Made by a program: the position numbers and the translations under genes. 64,000 nucleotides of DNA. It comes from a virus. Its lineage: Duplodnaviria > Caudoviricetes. Position 1 is the stretch's first letter; each line of letters starts with the position of its first letter. This document shows positions 36,979 through 44,939 of the stretch, in pieces. The notes beneath the pieces were generated by a model, which made no database searches, was not told the origin of the DNA, and saw only the letters and a list, made by a program, of their open reading frames with translations. The stretch spans positions 1 to 64,000 of the IMG/VR virus record IMGVR_UViG_2619619233_000003. One strand, 5' to 3'.

Positions 36979-37820
36979 GCTGCCTCCTCGCGGATCGCAG
37001 CCATGAGGGCATCCGGCGCGTCAGACATGCCGATGTGCTCAAGGAAGCTATCGCGTGTTTCTTCGCTCGCCTCGTCCCAGGCAGCGATCAGTTTGGTGAG
37101 AATGATGGATTGAGAAGGCGCGGGCGGCGCGGTCACCAGAACCGGTGGCTTGGTGAAAGCCAGAACCTTCTTCACATCTGGGGTGTGCTTCAGAGCGTCA
37201 GCCACCGCGACCTGATCTTCGCGAGGCAGTTTTGCCAGAGCAAGAAGCTGTGACTGATCGTTCTCCGCAGTGGTGCCGCGTACCGCCTGCCTCAGCACCG
37301 GATCAAGGTTTTGCCCAATGCGCGACACAAGCTTATATGTCTCGGCGCCGAAGCCAAAACGCTCCTGAACCTTTTCGGACAAGGCCCGACCCTTGGCGAA
37401 AACAGGGTAATCGTTACCCTGTTTTTCAGGTCTGCCGCCCTTCGGATTGATCTTCCCGTGCTTTTCCTCCCACAGCTCGCGGTACTTCATGACGAAGATT
37501 GCGCGGTCGAGTGCGTTCAACTCGTTGCGGTAAAGGTTCTCGGAAATTTCGAGCAGCTGCGCCTCGACGGCGTCAGCCTTGACGACAATGGCGTCGATCT
37601 CCGTCCAGCCGAGCAGCGTTGCGGCGGCGGTGCGATAGCCGCCCGCCACCAGCGTATAGGGAGTGCCCTTTTTCGCGGGCGTCTTGCGGATCATGATTGG
37701 GCTGATCTGCCCGTGTTCGGACATCGAGGCGGCGATCGCCTCGGCGTAATCCATGTCGATCGGGCGCAGCCGTTCGCCGACATGAATGCTGGAAATGGTG
37801 GCCCGGATGAACTCAGCCAT
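36975..37820 (-). CDS. ParB-like N-terminal domain protein
   Basis: G..SPI, LVAGGYR and EISENL.R motifs; RBS CAGGA then ATG at 37820. Confidence 0.85.
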   Translation of the reverse strand: MAEFIRATISSIHVGERLRPIDMDYAEAIAASMSEHGQISPIMIRKTPAKKGTPYTLVAGGYRTAAATLLGWTEIDAIVVKADAVEAQLLEISENLYRNELNALDRAIFVMKYRELWEEKHGKINPKGGRPEKQGNDYPVFAKGRALSEKVQERFGFGAETYKLVSRIGQNLDPVLRQAVRGTTAENDQSQLLALAKLPREDQVAVADALKHTPDVKKVLAFTKPPVLVTAPPAPSQSIILTKLIAAWDEASEETRDSFLEHIGMSDAPDALMAAIREEAA

Positions 37821-38187
37821 AGGAGGCTTCCTGTCCGGCCGAGGCCTCGTAAAGCATCTCCATAAAGGTGTCTTTGGCGCGGGCGGCGACGCGCTCGTAA
37901 GCCTTGTCGAAAAGCGGTTCGAAGCGGCGGGCCTCGACGACGCGGACAGCCTGCATGACGGTCCAGCGGGCAACACCCAGGAGCACGACCAGGCGGCGGC
38001 GCGGCACGCCGAAATCGATATGCAGGACGTAGATCGCCATCTGCCGCGCGAGCTTCGCATCGAACATTTCGGCAGGCGGATTGATGATGTGGCGCAGTGG
38101 CAGGTGGTTGAAGTGCGCGCGGCTGGCGCGGTAGCTGGCCGCCACCATCGCCTGCAAACGTTCTTCATCGGAATAAGGATTTACCAT
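37813..38187 (-). CDS. DnaA-C-terminal-like HTH protein
   Basis: ARQMAIYVL...ARWTVMQAVRVVE pattern. Confidence 0.65.
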   Translation of the reverse strand: MVNPYSDEERLQAMVAASYRASRAHFNHLPLRHIINPPAEMFDAKLARQMAIYVLHIDFGVPRRRLVVLLGVARWTVMQAVRVVEARRFEPLFDKAYERVAARAKDTFMEMLYEASAGQEASYG

Positions 38188-38318
38188 CGAAACCTCGGAG
38201 TTCGTCGCTCGGCGACGGCATTGCGGCAGATCGATGCCGGGGCGGTGGGGCTGGGGGTTGAGGCCGCCCCGGCATCTGGCGTCGCTCCCTGGGGGTAACA
38301 GAGCGACGGTTCGGGAAA

Positions 38319-39005
38319 TCAGCGGGATTTGGCGGCGTCTGAGCGCGCAAGGAGGCGGCAAAGCTCGGGCTGCATGTCCATCGTGAGGCAACCGACAATC
38401 CTGTCGTCGATGTCCGCATCATCCTCGCCCAAAAGGAGATCGACCAGCTTGTTTCCAACCGTCATATGAACGTTAGCGTCCATAACGGTGGCGTCTGCCT
38501 CACTGGTCAAAAGGTCGGTCAGAGCTTGCTGCAGGATCGTGTCGTCGAGTGCGATAGACGCCGGGCTGTAACCGGCCGCAAGCTTCGCCTCGTTGAGCGC
38601 GTGAGCTGCAACAACAATCGCACGGGCCTGCCGCAAGCGTTCGGTGTCGACCGCTTCGAGATCGACGGCGCAGGCGATGCTATGTGGCTGTTTCACCACG
38701 GGCTCTGGAGCGGCGTGGGGCTGGTAGGCTAGCCCGGCGACAGCGCTCAATTGAACGACTTCGGAAGGGTGCGGGCGGTCGACTAGGCCGTTTTTGACGC
38801 GTTCGTGCCAGTCTGCAAACTCTTCGAAGGTCGGGGCTTCAAACTGGCGCTGTTTGACGCCGGTTGCAAAGAAATAATAGGCCTCGCGTTTGTTCTGTGC
38901 GCGCTCGACGATGTTGTCGAAAGTGGTGATGACGAGGTCCATGACCCGTGGAGGGACGCGGTCAAAGAAAGGCACGGCGACGAAGTTGCGGACTGCTGCG
39001 GTCAT
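38319..39005 (-). CDS. Hypothetical protein
   Basis: 228 aa, ATGA-coupled to the upstream ORF. Confidence 0.6.
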   Translation of the reverse strand: MTAAVRNFVAVPFFDRVPPRVMDLVITTFDNIVERAQNKREAYYFFATGVKQRQFEAPTFEEFADWHERVKNGLVDRPHPSEVVQLSAVAGLAYQPHAAPEPVVKQPHSIACAVDLEAVDTERLRQARAIVVAAHALNEAKLAAGYSPASIALDDTILQQALTDLLTSEADATVMDANVHMTVGNKLVDLLLGEDDADIDDRIVGCLTMDMQPELCRLLARSDAAKSR

Positions 39006-39160
39006 TGAGCTGCTCCATAGTTTTTGAGGATGGTGAAAAGGACGGCCGAAACGCCTGCGAACGCAGGACTAAAAATCAGCAGGATTTCGGCCCACCGGCA
39101 CACGCGGGAGTGTGACGGAATGAAAATCGACCTGTCGAAATTGGCACGCGGTTTCGTCAT
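39002..39160 (-). CDS. Small membrane protein
   Basis: ATG at 39160; one TM helix. Confidence 0.45.
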   Translation of the reverse strand: MTKPRANFDRSIFIPSHSRVCRWAEILLIFSPAFAGVSAVLFTILKNYGAAQ

Positions 39161-39291
39161 TGTGGGGTGTCTGCTGATCGGCGATTGTCGGGGTGTGGAG
39201 CGGTCGAGAGATTGGGACTGACAGCCGGGGCGAACGAACGCCTTGCACTCGTGCGGTAGGCTAGAGCAGCAATCCCGAACCGTTCCACGCT

Positions 39292-39621
39292 TCATGCTGC
39301 GGCTTGCTCCGCTTCGGCGGCACGACGGCCGTTCCGGTAATTCTCCGAAGGCTGCGGGCTGAGCCTGCGACCGTCGGAGTGATAGCGGGAGAACCAAAGA
39401 AGGTGCGGACGGGTTTTTAGGGCCGCTGCGATGGCGCGTTCACCTGCCGCGTGCGGCTCGTGTACGGCGTTACCAGCCGTGCCGGAGGGCAGGTTGTATT
39501 TCTTGTCGATCTCGGCAAGCGTAATTTTGGCAATGATGAGCTTGCCTTTTATGCGGGCAATTTCTTCCAGCCTTCGGCGTTCGGCACGGCTTGTCTTGCC
39601 GCCGTCAGAGACACGGTGCAT
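39292..39621 (-). CDS. ner: Ner-like DNA-binding protein
   Basis: IK..L..TLAEI...GERAIAAAL..PHLLW.SRY motif; divergent from the repressor. Confidence 0.85.
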   Translation of the reverse strand: MHRVSDGGKTSRAERRRLEEIARIKGKLIIAKITLAEIDKKYNLPSGTAGNAVHEPHAAGERAIAAALKTRPHLLWFSRYHSDGRRLSPQPSENYRNGRRAAEAEQAAA

Positions 39622-39699
39622 AAAGGATTCCTTCCAGAAGGGAGGCCCTGAACCGGCCTCCTTTTTTGGGGTTATTAATTCTGCGAACACAGAAAGGAT

Positions 39700-39740
39700 T
39701 AAACCAGAAATTCGGTTTTGTAAACTGGAATATTGGTTTA
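39700..39740. promoter_or_regulatory. Two tandem palindromic operators between ner and the repressor
   Basis: TAAACCAGAAATTCGGTTTT and TAAACTGGAATATTGGTTTA. Confidence 0.65.
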
Positions 39741-40439
39741 ATGGGGAAATTATTGGCTAGACCTGAAGCGAAACCGAAAACGGCGCTCGCTGCGCGCTTG
39801 CGCGATCTGCGGCGAAAGCTCGGCGATCCCGAAAGAGACCAGTTTGCGGAGCAGCTCGGCGTTAGCAAAAATACGCTGGCTTCATATGAGCGTGGGGAAA
39901 CGGAGCCAACAGCCTCCGTCCTCGATGCCTACCGACAGAATTTCGGCGCTAGCGTGCTTTGGATTGTCACCGGTCAAGGAGACATGTTTTCCGAATCTGC
40001 GACTGTAACCGAAGGTGTCGATATGGTGGAAATTCCGCTGTACGATGTGCAAGCCGCCGCCGGTTCTGGCCTCATCCCAAAAGACGATGGGCTGCATAAC
40101 TCGGTTGCCTTCAGCCGCGCGTTCCTTCGTAGCATCGGGGCAAAACCAGAAAGCTGCATCATGCTTGAGGCCAAGGGCGAAAGCATGCTGCCGACGATCC
40201 CAGATGGCGCGTTCATGATCGTCGATCAAAGCAAGAGCGACATCGTCGATGATCAGGTTTTTGTGTTTCGCGTCGGACCCGGTATCAAGGTGAAGCGGGC
40301 AAACTGGCGCATGGACGGCTCGCTAGAACTGCGTTCTGATAACGAACAGAATGGCTATCCAAAGGAAGTCATCGACGAGGACGTGGCGGACGATCTTTCC
40401 GTCATCGGCCAGGTGCTCTCTCTTCTTCGTCGAGCTTAA
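39741..40439 (+). CDS. XRE-HTH / S24 peptidase (CI/LexA-like) repressor
   Basis: FAEQLGVSKNTLASYERG; AAG.G cleavage region; GESM.P and VKR catalytic motifs. Confidence 0.92.
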   Translation: MGKLLARPEAKPKTALAARLRDLRRKLGDPERDQFAEQLGVSKNTLASYERGETEPTASVLDAYRQNFGASVLWIVTGQGDMFSESATVTEGVDMVEIPLYDVQAAAGSGLIPKDDGLHNSVAFSRAFLRSIGAKPESCIMLEAKGESMLPTIPDGAFMIVDQSKSDIVDDQVFVFRVGPGIKVKRANWRMDGSLELRSDNEQNGYPKEVIDEDVADDLSVIGQVLSLLRRA

Positions 40440-40463
40440 TTTGAGAATCACTCAGAAGTGGCA

Positions 40464-40497
40464 TTGACTCATTTTGCAATGAGAACAAAATAGGAAC
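40464..40497 (+). promoter_or_regulatory. Promoter with an alphaproteobacterial LexA box
   Basis: TTGACT -35 at 40464; GAAC-AAAATAG-GAAC at 40483-40497 overlaps the -10 region. Confidence 0.75.
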
Positions 40498-40528
40498 ATT
40501 AGTAACGCCAAATGTGAGGTAAGAGGGT

Positions 40529-40795
40529 ATGGCGCCGGCTGATAAGTTCATTGTTGTTCCATTCGCAGAGCGGAGAAATGAAATGGTGAATGTCGATTGG
40601 AAGGTCGCGCCGAAGAATGCCCGCTGGTGGGCTGTCGATGCCAATGGTGAAGCGCACTGGTTTTGCGAGCCGGACATCGCGGCGTTTACTGACTTCTGGT
40701 TTTCTGAGCCGATCGGCGCACCTTCGTTCGGCTTCGACGGCGACTGGAGAGCGAGCTTAACAGAGCGCCCGTCACGGTTTGGCCTGGTCCGGTAA
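40529..40795 (+). CDS. SOS-boxed small Trp-rich protein
   Basis: DWKVAPKNARWWAVDANGEAHWF; alternative start ATG at 40583 with RBS GGAG. Confidence 0.65.
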   Translation: MAPADKFIVVPFAERRNEMVNVDWKVAPKNARWWAVDANGEAHWFCEPDIAAFTDFWFSEPIGAPSFGFDGDWRASLTERPSRFGLVR

Positions 40796-40800
40796 CGAAA

Positions 40801-40834
40801 AAAGCCGCGTTGCATCTTCATGCAACGCGGCTTT
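40801..40834 (+). terminator. Perfect 15-bp inverted repeat
   Basis: AAAGCCGCGTTGCAT-CTTC-ATGCAACGCGGCTTT right after the ORF stop. Confidence 0.65.
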
Positions 40835-41230
40835 CTCTTATTATCTTTGATTTCATTACAAAAAATCGGGATTTTTCGAACTTGCAAGGCAGTTGCATGT
40901 TCAATTTAACTTTTGGACCGTCATCCGTGCTTGGTTGCGAGATATCCGCGCGAGGCCGCCGATTTCTTAAAGGCCGGTTTTCTGGGCTTTAAAGGGTCTT
41001 AAAAGACCGATAGGGTGGTTTTTGAAGAGTTGTTGAGGGAAGCCCGAATTTTCCCCGTTTCTGCCGCGACGGATCGCAGATGGCGCCGCCAGTCTGTCAA
41101 ATTCGGTTTTTATCGCTTCTCGCCTGCACGCTTGGAAGCCCCTGATTTACAAGGCTTTCCCGCCAGTTCCCGGATATTATCGGATATTCCCAGAAATTGC
41201 AGTAAGTGGTGACAAAGTACAAGCGCGTTT

Positions 41231-41287
41231 TCGGAATTTTGACACGAGAAATCGGAATTTCTGAAAATTCCAGATTGGCGTGTCAAA
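41231..41287. repeat. Putative transposase-binding array at the right end of prophage B
   Basis: TCGGAATTT direct copies at 41231 and 41252, an inverted AAATTCC at 41265, and a TTTGACACG/CGTGTCAAA inverted pair. Confidence 0.5.
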
Positions 41288-41378
41288 GCCAGAAAAGGGA
41301 TTTCTCTAACCATCCTCTTTACCCACCAGCACTGTCGTCGGTATGGTCCGGTCCAAGACAATGGCTAGGGGGTGTTTC

Positions 41379-41825
41379 ATGCCGAAGTGTAAGAGTTGTG
41401 GGACGGAATATTGGATCAGCGGCACGCAGTTTTGTGTCGACTGCGAGGCTCAGGAGAAGTCCAAACAGCTTCAAGTCTTAACGGACAGAATGATCCTTAC
41501 AACGTCCATTGATGTACCAAATCGCGCAATCGAGAACGTAATCTCAATCGTCGCATCGGAAACGGCGATCGGTATGAATGTGTTCAAAGACATTGCCAAC
41601 AACTGGCGAGATTTCGTTGGCGGGAGATCGGAAACATCCCAAAACTCTCTTAGAGAGACGCGGGAAGCCTGCATCGAAGGGCTGAAAAAAGAAGCGGCGA
41701 AGGTTGGGGCGGATGCCGTGATCGCTGTCGATTTTACCTACAATCAACTCAACACCAGCGGTCCTGGAGGGATACTGTTTGTCGCAGCTACCGGCACAGC
41801 GGTCGCATTGAAACCGCTAGGCTAG
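41379..41825 (+). CDS. YbjQ/UPF0145 family protein with an N-terminal zinc ribbon
   Basis: CxxC...CxxC, then VGGRS...GADAVI...ATGTAV motifs. Confidence 0.85.
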   Translation: MPKCKSCGTEYWISGTQFCVDCEAQEKSKQLQVLTDRMILTTSIDVPNRAIENVISIVASETAIGMNVFKDIANNWRDFVGGRSETSQNSLRETREACIEGLKKEAAKVGADAVIAVDFTYNQLNTSGPGGILFVAATGTAVALKPLG

Positions 41826-41838
41826 GGGTGGCGACCCA

Positions 41839-42246
41839 TCACTCCCCGAACATGGGCTTGAGGTAGATCGCGTCACTCGGCTTGTAAGTCCACCGCCATT
41901 TATCAGATATGGCCATTGCCAACCGCGCCGCGATCTCATTGCGGGCGGGTTCCGAATAGAGCGTGAGTTTGTCCGCAAAGGTCTTCGCGAGATCGTCAGG
42001 CACAGCCGTCAACTCAGCCGCCAAGAAGCTTTCCACGTCGCTTTTCTCGACCTTCCTGTCATCCTCAAAGAAGGTGTAGGTGTGACCAAGATAGCGAGTG
42101 ACAACGACCGCGACTTCCTTCGTGGCAGTCGGCTCTCGCCGGCGTCGAACACCCTTTCCGCCAAACCCGTTTCGGAAGGTTCTTGGCACGACCGCCAGAG
42201 CAACCGCGATAGCCTTCTCGATGTCGTCGTCCGCTGCGGGGTCCAT
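41839..42246 (-). CDS. Hypothetical protein
   Basis: RBS AGGAGAG then ATG; 135 aa. Confidence 0.6.
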   Translation of the reverse strand: MDPAADDDIEKAIAVALAVVPRTFRNGFGGKGVRRRREPTATKEVAVVVTRYLGHTYTFFEDDRKVEKSDVESFLAAELTAVPDDLAKTFADKLTLYSEPARNEIAARLAMAISDKWRWTYKPSDAIYLKPMFGE

Positions 42247-42308
42247 TGGTCTCTCCTTTGAGGCTCAACGCGGTTTTGAGGCCGCGTTGAGGATGTTTTG
42301 AGGGCCTC

Positions 42309-43217
42309 TTAATGACCACTTAAATGGGCATTTTTGAGAGTTCGCCACGCATACGCTGCAGCCAGGCTGACCACGCCGTTACCGGCTGCGTCGGATCGGT
42401 CCACCCGATCGGCCATCCCATGATCCAGTCCGAAAAGTTCGGGTTGAAGGTCAGGTCGCCGGGCGAGGATCGGTGACCAGCGTTCAAACTCAGATGGAGC
42501 GGGCGGGAAGATGGAAAGCTGAACGGACGTGTCGGGGTCGCTCCGCATGCCTGCATCAGCATCCATATCTGCGTCCACAGCCGTGCTGCCTTGCCGATCC
42601 CGAACTGAGATCCCGCGGCCGCCGCATCGTCCCTCATCTTGAAGCAATCGTTGACCAGTTCCATCTCGATCTTCGTGCAGTAGATCGATTTTGTTGGCGT
42701 GGGCCACAATGAAGAGCCGCCGACGCTGGTGGGACGCGCCGATTTCTGCCGCGCTGAACAAGCCCGCTTTGACTGTAAAGCCCAGCGATCGAAGGTCCCC
42801 GAAAACCGTGTCGGCTCCCAGGGACATATGCCCTTCGACGTTTTCGAAGAAGCACCACTCGGGATCAAGGTCAGTGACGATTCTCCGGACGTAAGGCCAG
42901 AGGTGGCGGGGATCGTCCTCGCCCTTGCGCCGGCCGGAGAAGCTGAAGGGCTGGCAGGGATATCCGGCAGTGAGGATATGAACCTTTCCACGCCAAGGCG
43001 TGCCGTCGAAGGTGGTAACGTCATCCCAGACAGGCGCCTGATCCAGGGCCTTGTCTTCCATCCTTGCCACGAGAGTGGCCGCAGGGAAGGCTTCCCGCTC
43101 GACGTAACAAACAGTTCGATAGTCTGGTTCTGCGATGTGGAGGCCGAGTTCGAGGCCGCCGACGCCGGCGCAAAGCGAGACGCCGCAGAGGTCATTTCTG
43201 GAGGTATGTAGAGCCAC
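42309..43217 (-). CDS. C5-cytosine DNA methyltransferase, large polypeptide (motifs I-VIII and X)
   Basis: SLCAGVGGL, GYPCQPFS, ENVEG, HQRRRLF and GNGVV motifs; motif IX absent. Confidence 0.92.
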   Translation of the reverse strand: MALHTSRNDLCGVSLCAGVGGLELGLHIAEPDYRTVCYVEREAFPAATLVARMEDKALDQAPVWDDVTTFDGTPWRGKVHILTAGYPCQPFSFSGRRKGEDDPRHLWPYVRRIVTDLDPEWCFFENVEGHMSLGADTVFGDLRSLGFTVKAGLFSAAEIGASHQRRRLFIVAHANKIDLLHEDRDGTGQRLLQDEGRCGGRGISVRDRQGSTAVDADMDADAGMRSDPDTSVQLSIFPPAPSEFERWSPILARRPDLQPELFGLDHGMADRVDRSDAAGNGVVSLAAAYAWRTLKNAHLSGH

Positions 43218-43219
43218 AC
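42320..43219 (-). CDS. Overlapping-frame partner polypeptide carrying methyltransferase motif IX
   Basis: GTG at 43219 (MWLYIPP), 299 codons open, C-terminal LTFNPNFSDWIMGWPIGWT. Confidence 0.7.
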   Translation of the reverse strand: MWLYIPPEMTSAASRFAPASAASNSASTSQNQTIELFVTSSGKPSLRPLSWQGWKTRPWIRRLSGMTLPPSTARLGVERFISSLPDIPASPSASPAGARARTIPATSGLTSGESSLTLIPSGASSKTSKGICPWEPTRFSGTFDRWALQSKRACSARQKSARPTSVGGSSLWPTPTKSIYCTKIEMELVNDCFKMRDDAAAAGSQFGIGKAARLWTQIWMLMQACGATPTRPFSFPSSRPLHLSLNAGHRSSPGDLTFNPNFSDWIMGWPIGWTDPTQPVTAWSAWLQRMRGELSKMPI

Positions 43220-43386
43220 GAGTTCATCCTTGGTTGCCGCTCCTGGCGGTCGGTTAAGGGCTCTGTTGGCCTCAAGTGATTGATGGTGCCGCAACGGCGG
43301 CACTTGATTTCGATGTCATTGGATATGGCTCCCTGCCCAGCCCGAAACAATAGGGCTGAACAGGTGCCACAACGAATGTTTTGCAT
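43192..43386 (-). CDS. com: Com family translational regulator
   Basis: First ~50 aa almost identical to the Com at 2430-2648. Confidence 0.9.
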   Translation of the reverse strand: MQNIRCGTCSALLFRAGQGAISNDIEIKCRRCGTINHLRPTEPLTDRQERQPRMNSCGSTYLQK

Positions 43387-43416
43387 ATCAAAAAGCTCAC
43401 GAGTCAGTCACAAGGA

Positions 43417-43542
43417 ACCCGCCCTGCAGGGCACGGGTGCGACGGTTATCGTGTGGTGTCGTCGGACGGGACTGGACGCCAATCTTAGGCCCGTCGCTTG
43501 GGTGCGTAGAATCACCCCAGCCACCCGGTCATGACCGGATGG
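43417..43542. ncRNA. Conserved structured RNA upstream of com (second copy)
   Basis: Homologous to 2679-2801 with preserved stems. Confidence 0.5.
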
Positions 43543-43556
43543 TGTTCACTCGGCCG

Positions 43557-44939
43557 TCAGGCGATCAAGCCTTTCGGCGGCAATCCTTCGGTGATCAGCA
43601 CTCGCTGGACATTCAACGGATCGGTATTGCCGGGGTTCGGAACACCGAAGGCGGGGAACAGGCGGAGATATCGCCATGCATCCGCCCCGTCCGGTGTTAT
43701 AGGAATGCCAGCGGCTACAAGCCACATCCAGCCATCACGGCAGTTGATAACATCTCCAAGCGCATAATCGCGAATTGTCCCGGCCGTGTCTTTGATGCTG
43801 AGAGTTACCATCGGTCTCGGTTGCGTTGACCTGCCGAGAACCAACGCGGCCAGCGTGACTGTCTTGCCCGCGATCCTCTGCATTTCAGTGGCCGACAAGT
43901 ACTTTTGCAGATACATGCCTTGACCTGTCGCACCGGTACCCGGCGCGATGGCCGCGGAATAGGCTGCTCCTCCATAGGTGTTGACCGCATCCTTTGTCAC
44001 GGTGGTGCCAGAGCCGGCCAACGTCCAGCCTGTCGGAACTGCACCGGGCCACGCAGAAAAATTGCCGTTGTCGATTAGGTTCGGAGCAGATGCGAGCGGC
44101 CAAGCCGGTGTTGTAAAGGCCGACTTCTTGGCAGCTTTAAAGGATGCGATGAGCGCATCAGTAATAAGTTGAGCTCCCGCGCTGTTTCCCTCGGTATCAC
44201 TTGGATGAATATTGTCGCGATAGATTGTGGCCGGTTTTCCGGCCGCAACGAATCGGGAATAGGTGTCGACAAGGCTGATTTCCGGTTGGGCCTGACCTGC
44301 CCTTTTTATTGCCTCAAAAACCTTCGCATAGCCGCCGTCGTCTCGCCACGGATTCTGCGTTGTCATGACTTGCGGCACGCCGGACCATTTGGCCTCGGCC
44401 ATTCCGATGGGGCCGATGAATGTGCCCGCGCCGACTGCGTAAATGCCAGCCCCCCCGACGATGGGGAAAGATTGTTGGTTATGACCGTGATGGGTGACGC
44501 AAAGATCGGGCGTGGGAATCGCATCAATCGCGTTCGGCCGGCGCGCTCCATCGAACATGCCGCCCGCGACTGAACCGGGGAGAGCCGCGAGATAGATCGT
44601 AAGCGTGCCTCGCGTTCCAGTGCGCAGCGTAACCGCCGGAGAATATTCCTTCGGGCCGGTCGGTGCACTCGTTACCCACTCGGCCCAGCGGTACAAAACA
44701 ACAGTATAATCGTGCAGATCGCCAAGGGCGGCGGCGAATTTGTAAAACGGGCCGAACTCGGAATAGCCAGTGCTATCGGCGTTGATCCAGACAACGGCGT
44801 TTTCTCCTGCCGTCAACTTTGCTTTAAGCGGCCCGAAGGCATTGAGAACCGACTGCGCACCCCGCAAAGGCGAAGGAACAAGAGACACGTCGGACGGCTG
44901 CGAAAGCGGAATGTTCAGGGAGCGAACCAGTCCGTTCAT
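43557..44939 (-). CDS. SGNH hydrolase plus carbohydrate-binding-like domain, tail-associated
   Basis: ADS, HGHN and DNIHP blocks; NLIDNGNF..W CBM-like start; ATGA coupling at 44936-44939. Confidence 0.75.
   Translation of the reverse strand: MNGLVRSLNIPLSQPSDVSLVPSPLRGAQSVLNAFGPLKAKLTAGENAVVWINADSTGYSEFGPFYKFAAALGDLHDYTVVLYRWAEWVTSAPTGPKEYSPAVTLRTGTRGTLTIYLAALPGSVAGGMFDGARRPNAIDAIPTPDLCVTHHGHNQQSFPIVGGAGIYAVGAGTFIGPIGMAEAKWSGVPQVMTTQNPWRDDGGYAKVFEAIKRAGQAQPEISLVDTYSRFVAAGKPATIYRDNIHPSDTEGNSAGAQLITDALIASFKAAKKSAFTTPAWPLASAPNLIDNGNFSAWPGAVPTGWTLAGSGTTVTKDAVNTYGGAAYSAAIAPGTGATGQGMYLQKYLSATEMQRIAGKTVTLAALVLGRSTQPRPMVTLSIKDTAGTIRDYALGDVINCRDGWMWLVAAGIPITPDGADAWRYLRLFPAFGVPNPGNTDPLNVQRVLITEGLPPKGLIA

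Larger units (their letters stand above)
1..41221 (-). mobile_element. Mu-like transposable prophage A (right end lies upstream of the window)
   Basis: Complete Mu-type gene order: repressor/Ner, DDE transposase, AAA MuB, GemA, Mor, lysis, TerL, DUF935 portal, gpF, protease, gpT, tail, com. No sheath gene. Candidate left end TGTACTTTGTCACC on the minus strand at 41221 (alternative TG at 41214). Confidence 0.93.

Noticed and set aside
41272-41281. AGATTGGCGT complementary to the loop of the com-upstream RNA
   Set aside because: A single 10-nt match within the end-repeat array; plausibly chance.
42258-42312. CRISPR-like array from the spaced TTGAGG repeats
   Set aside because: Repeats are only 4-6 bp at an 11-bp period and no cas genes are present; reported as phased arrays instead.
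42309-43217. Restriction-modification system or frameshifted pseudogene
   Set aside because: No endonuclease is adjacent, and both frames are intact from start to stop.
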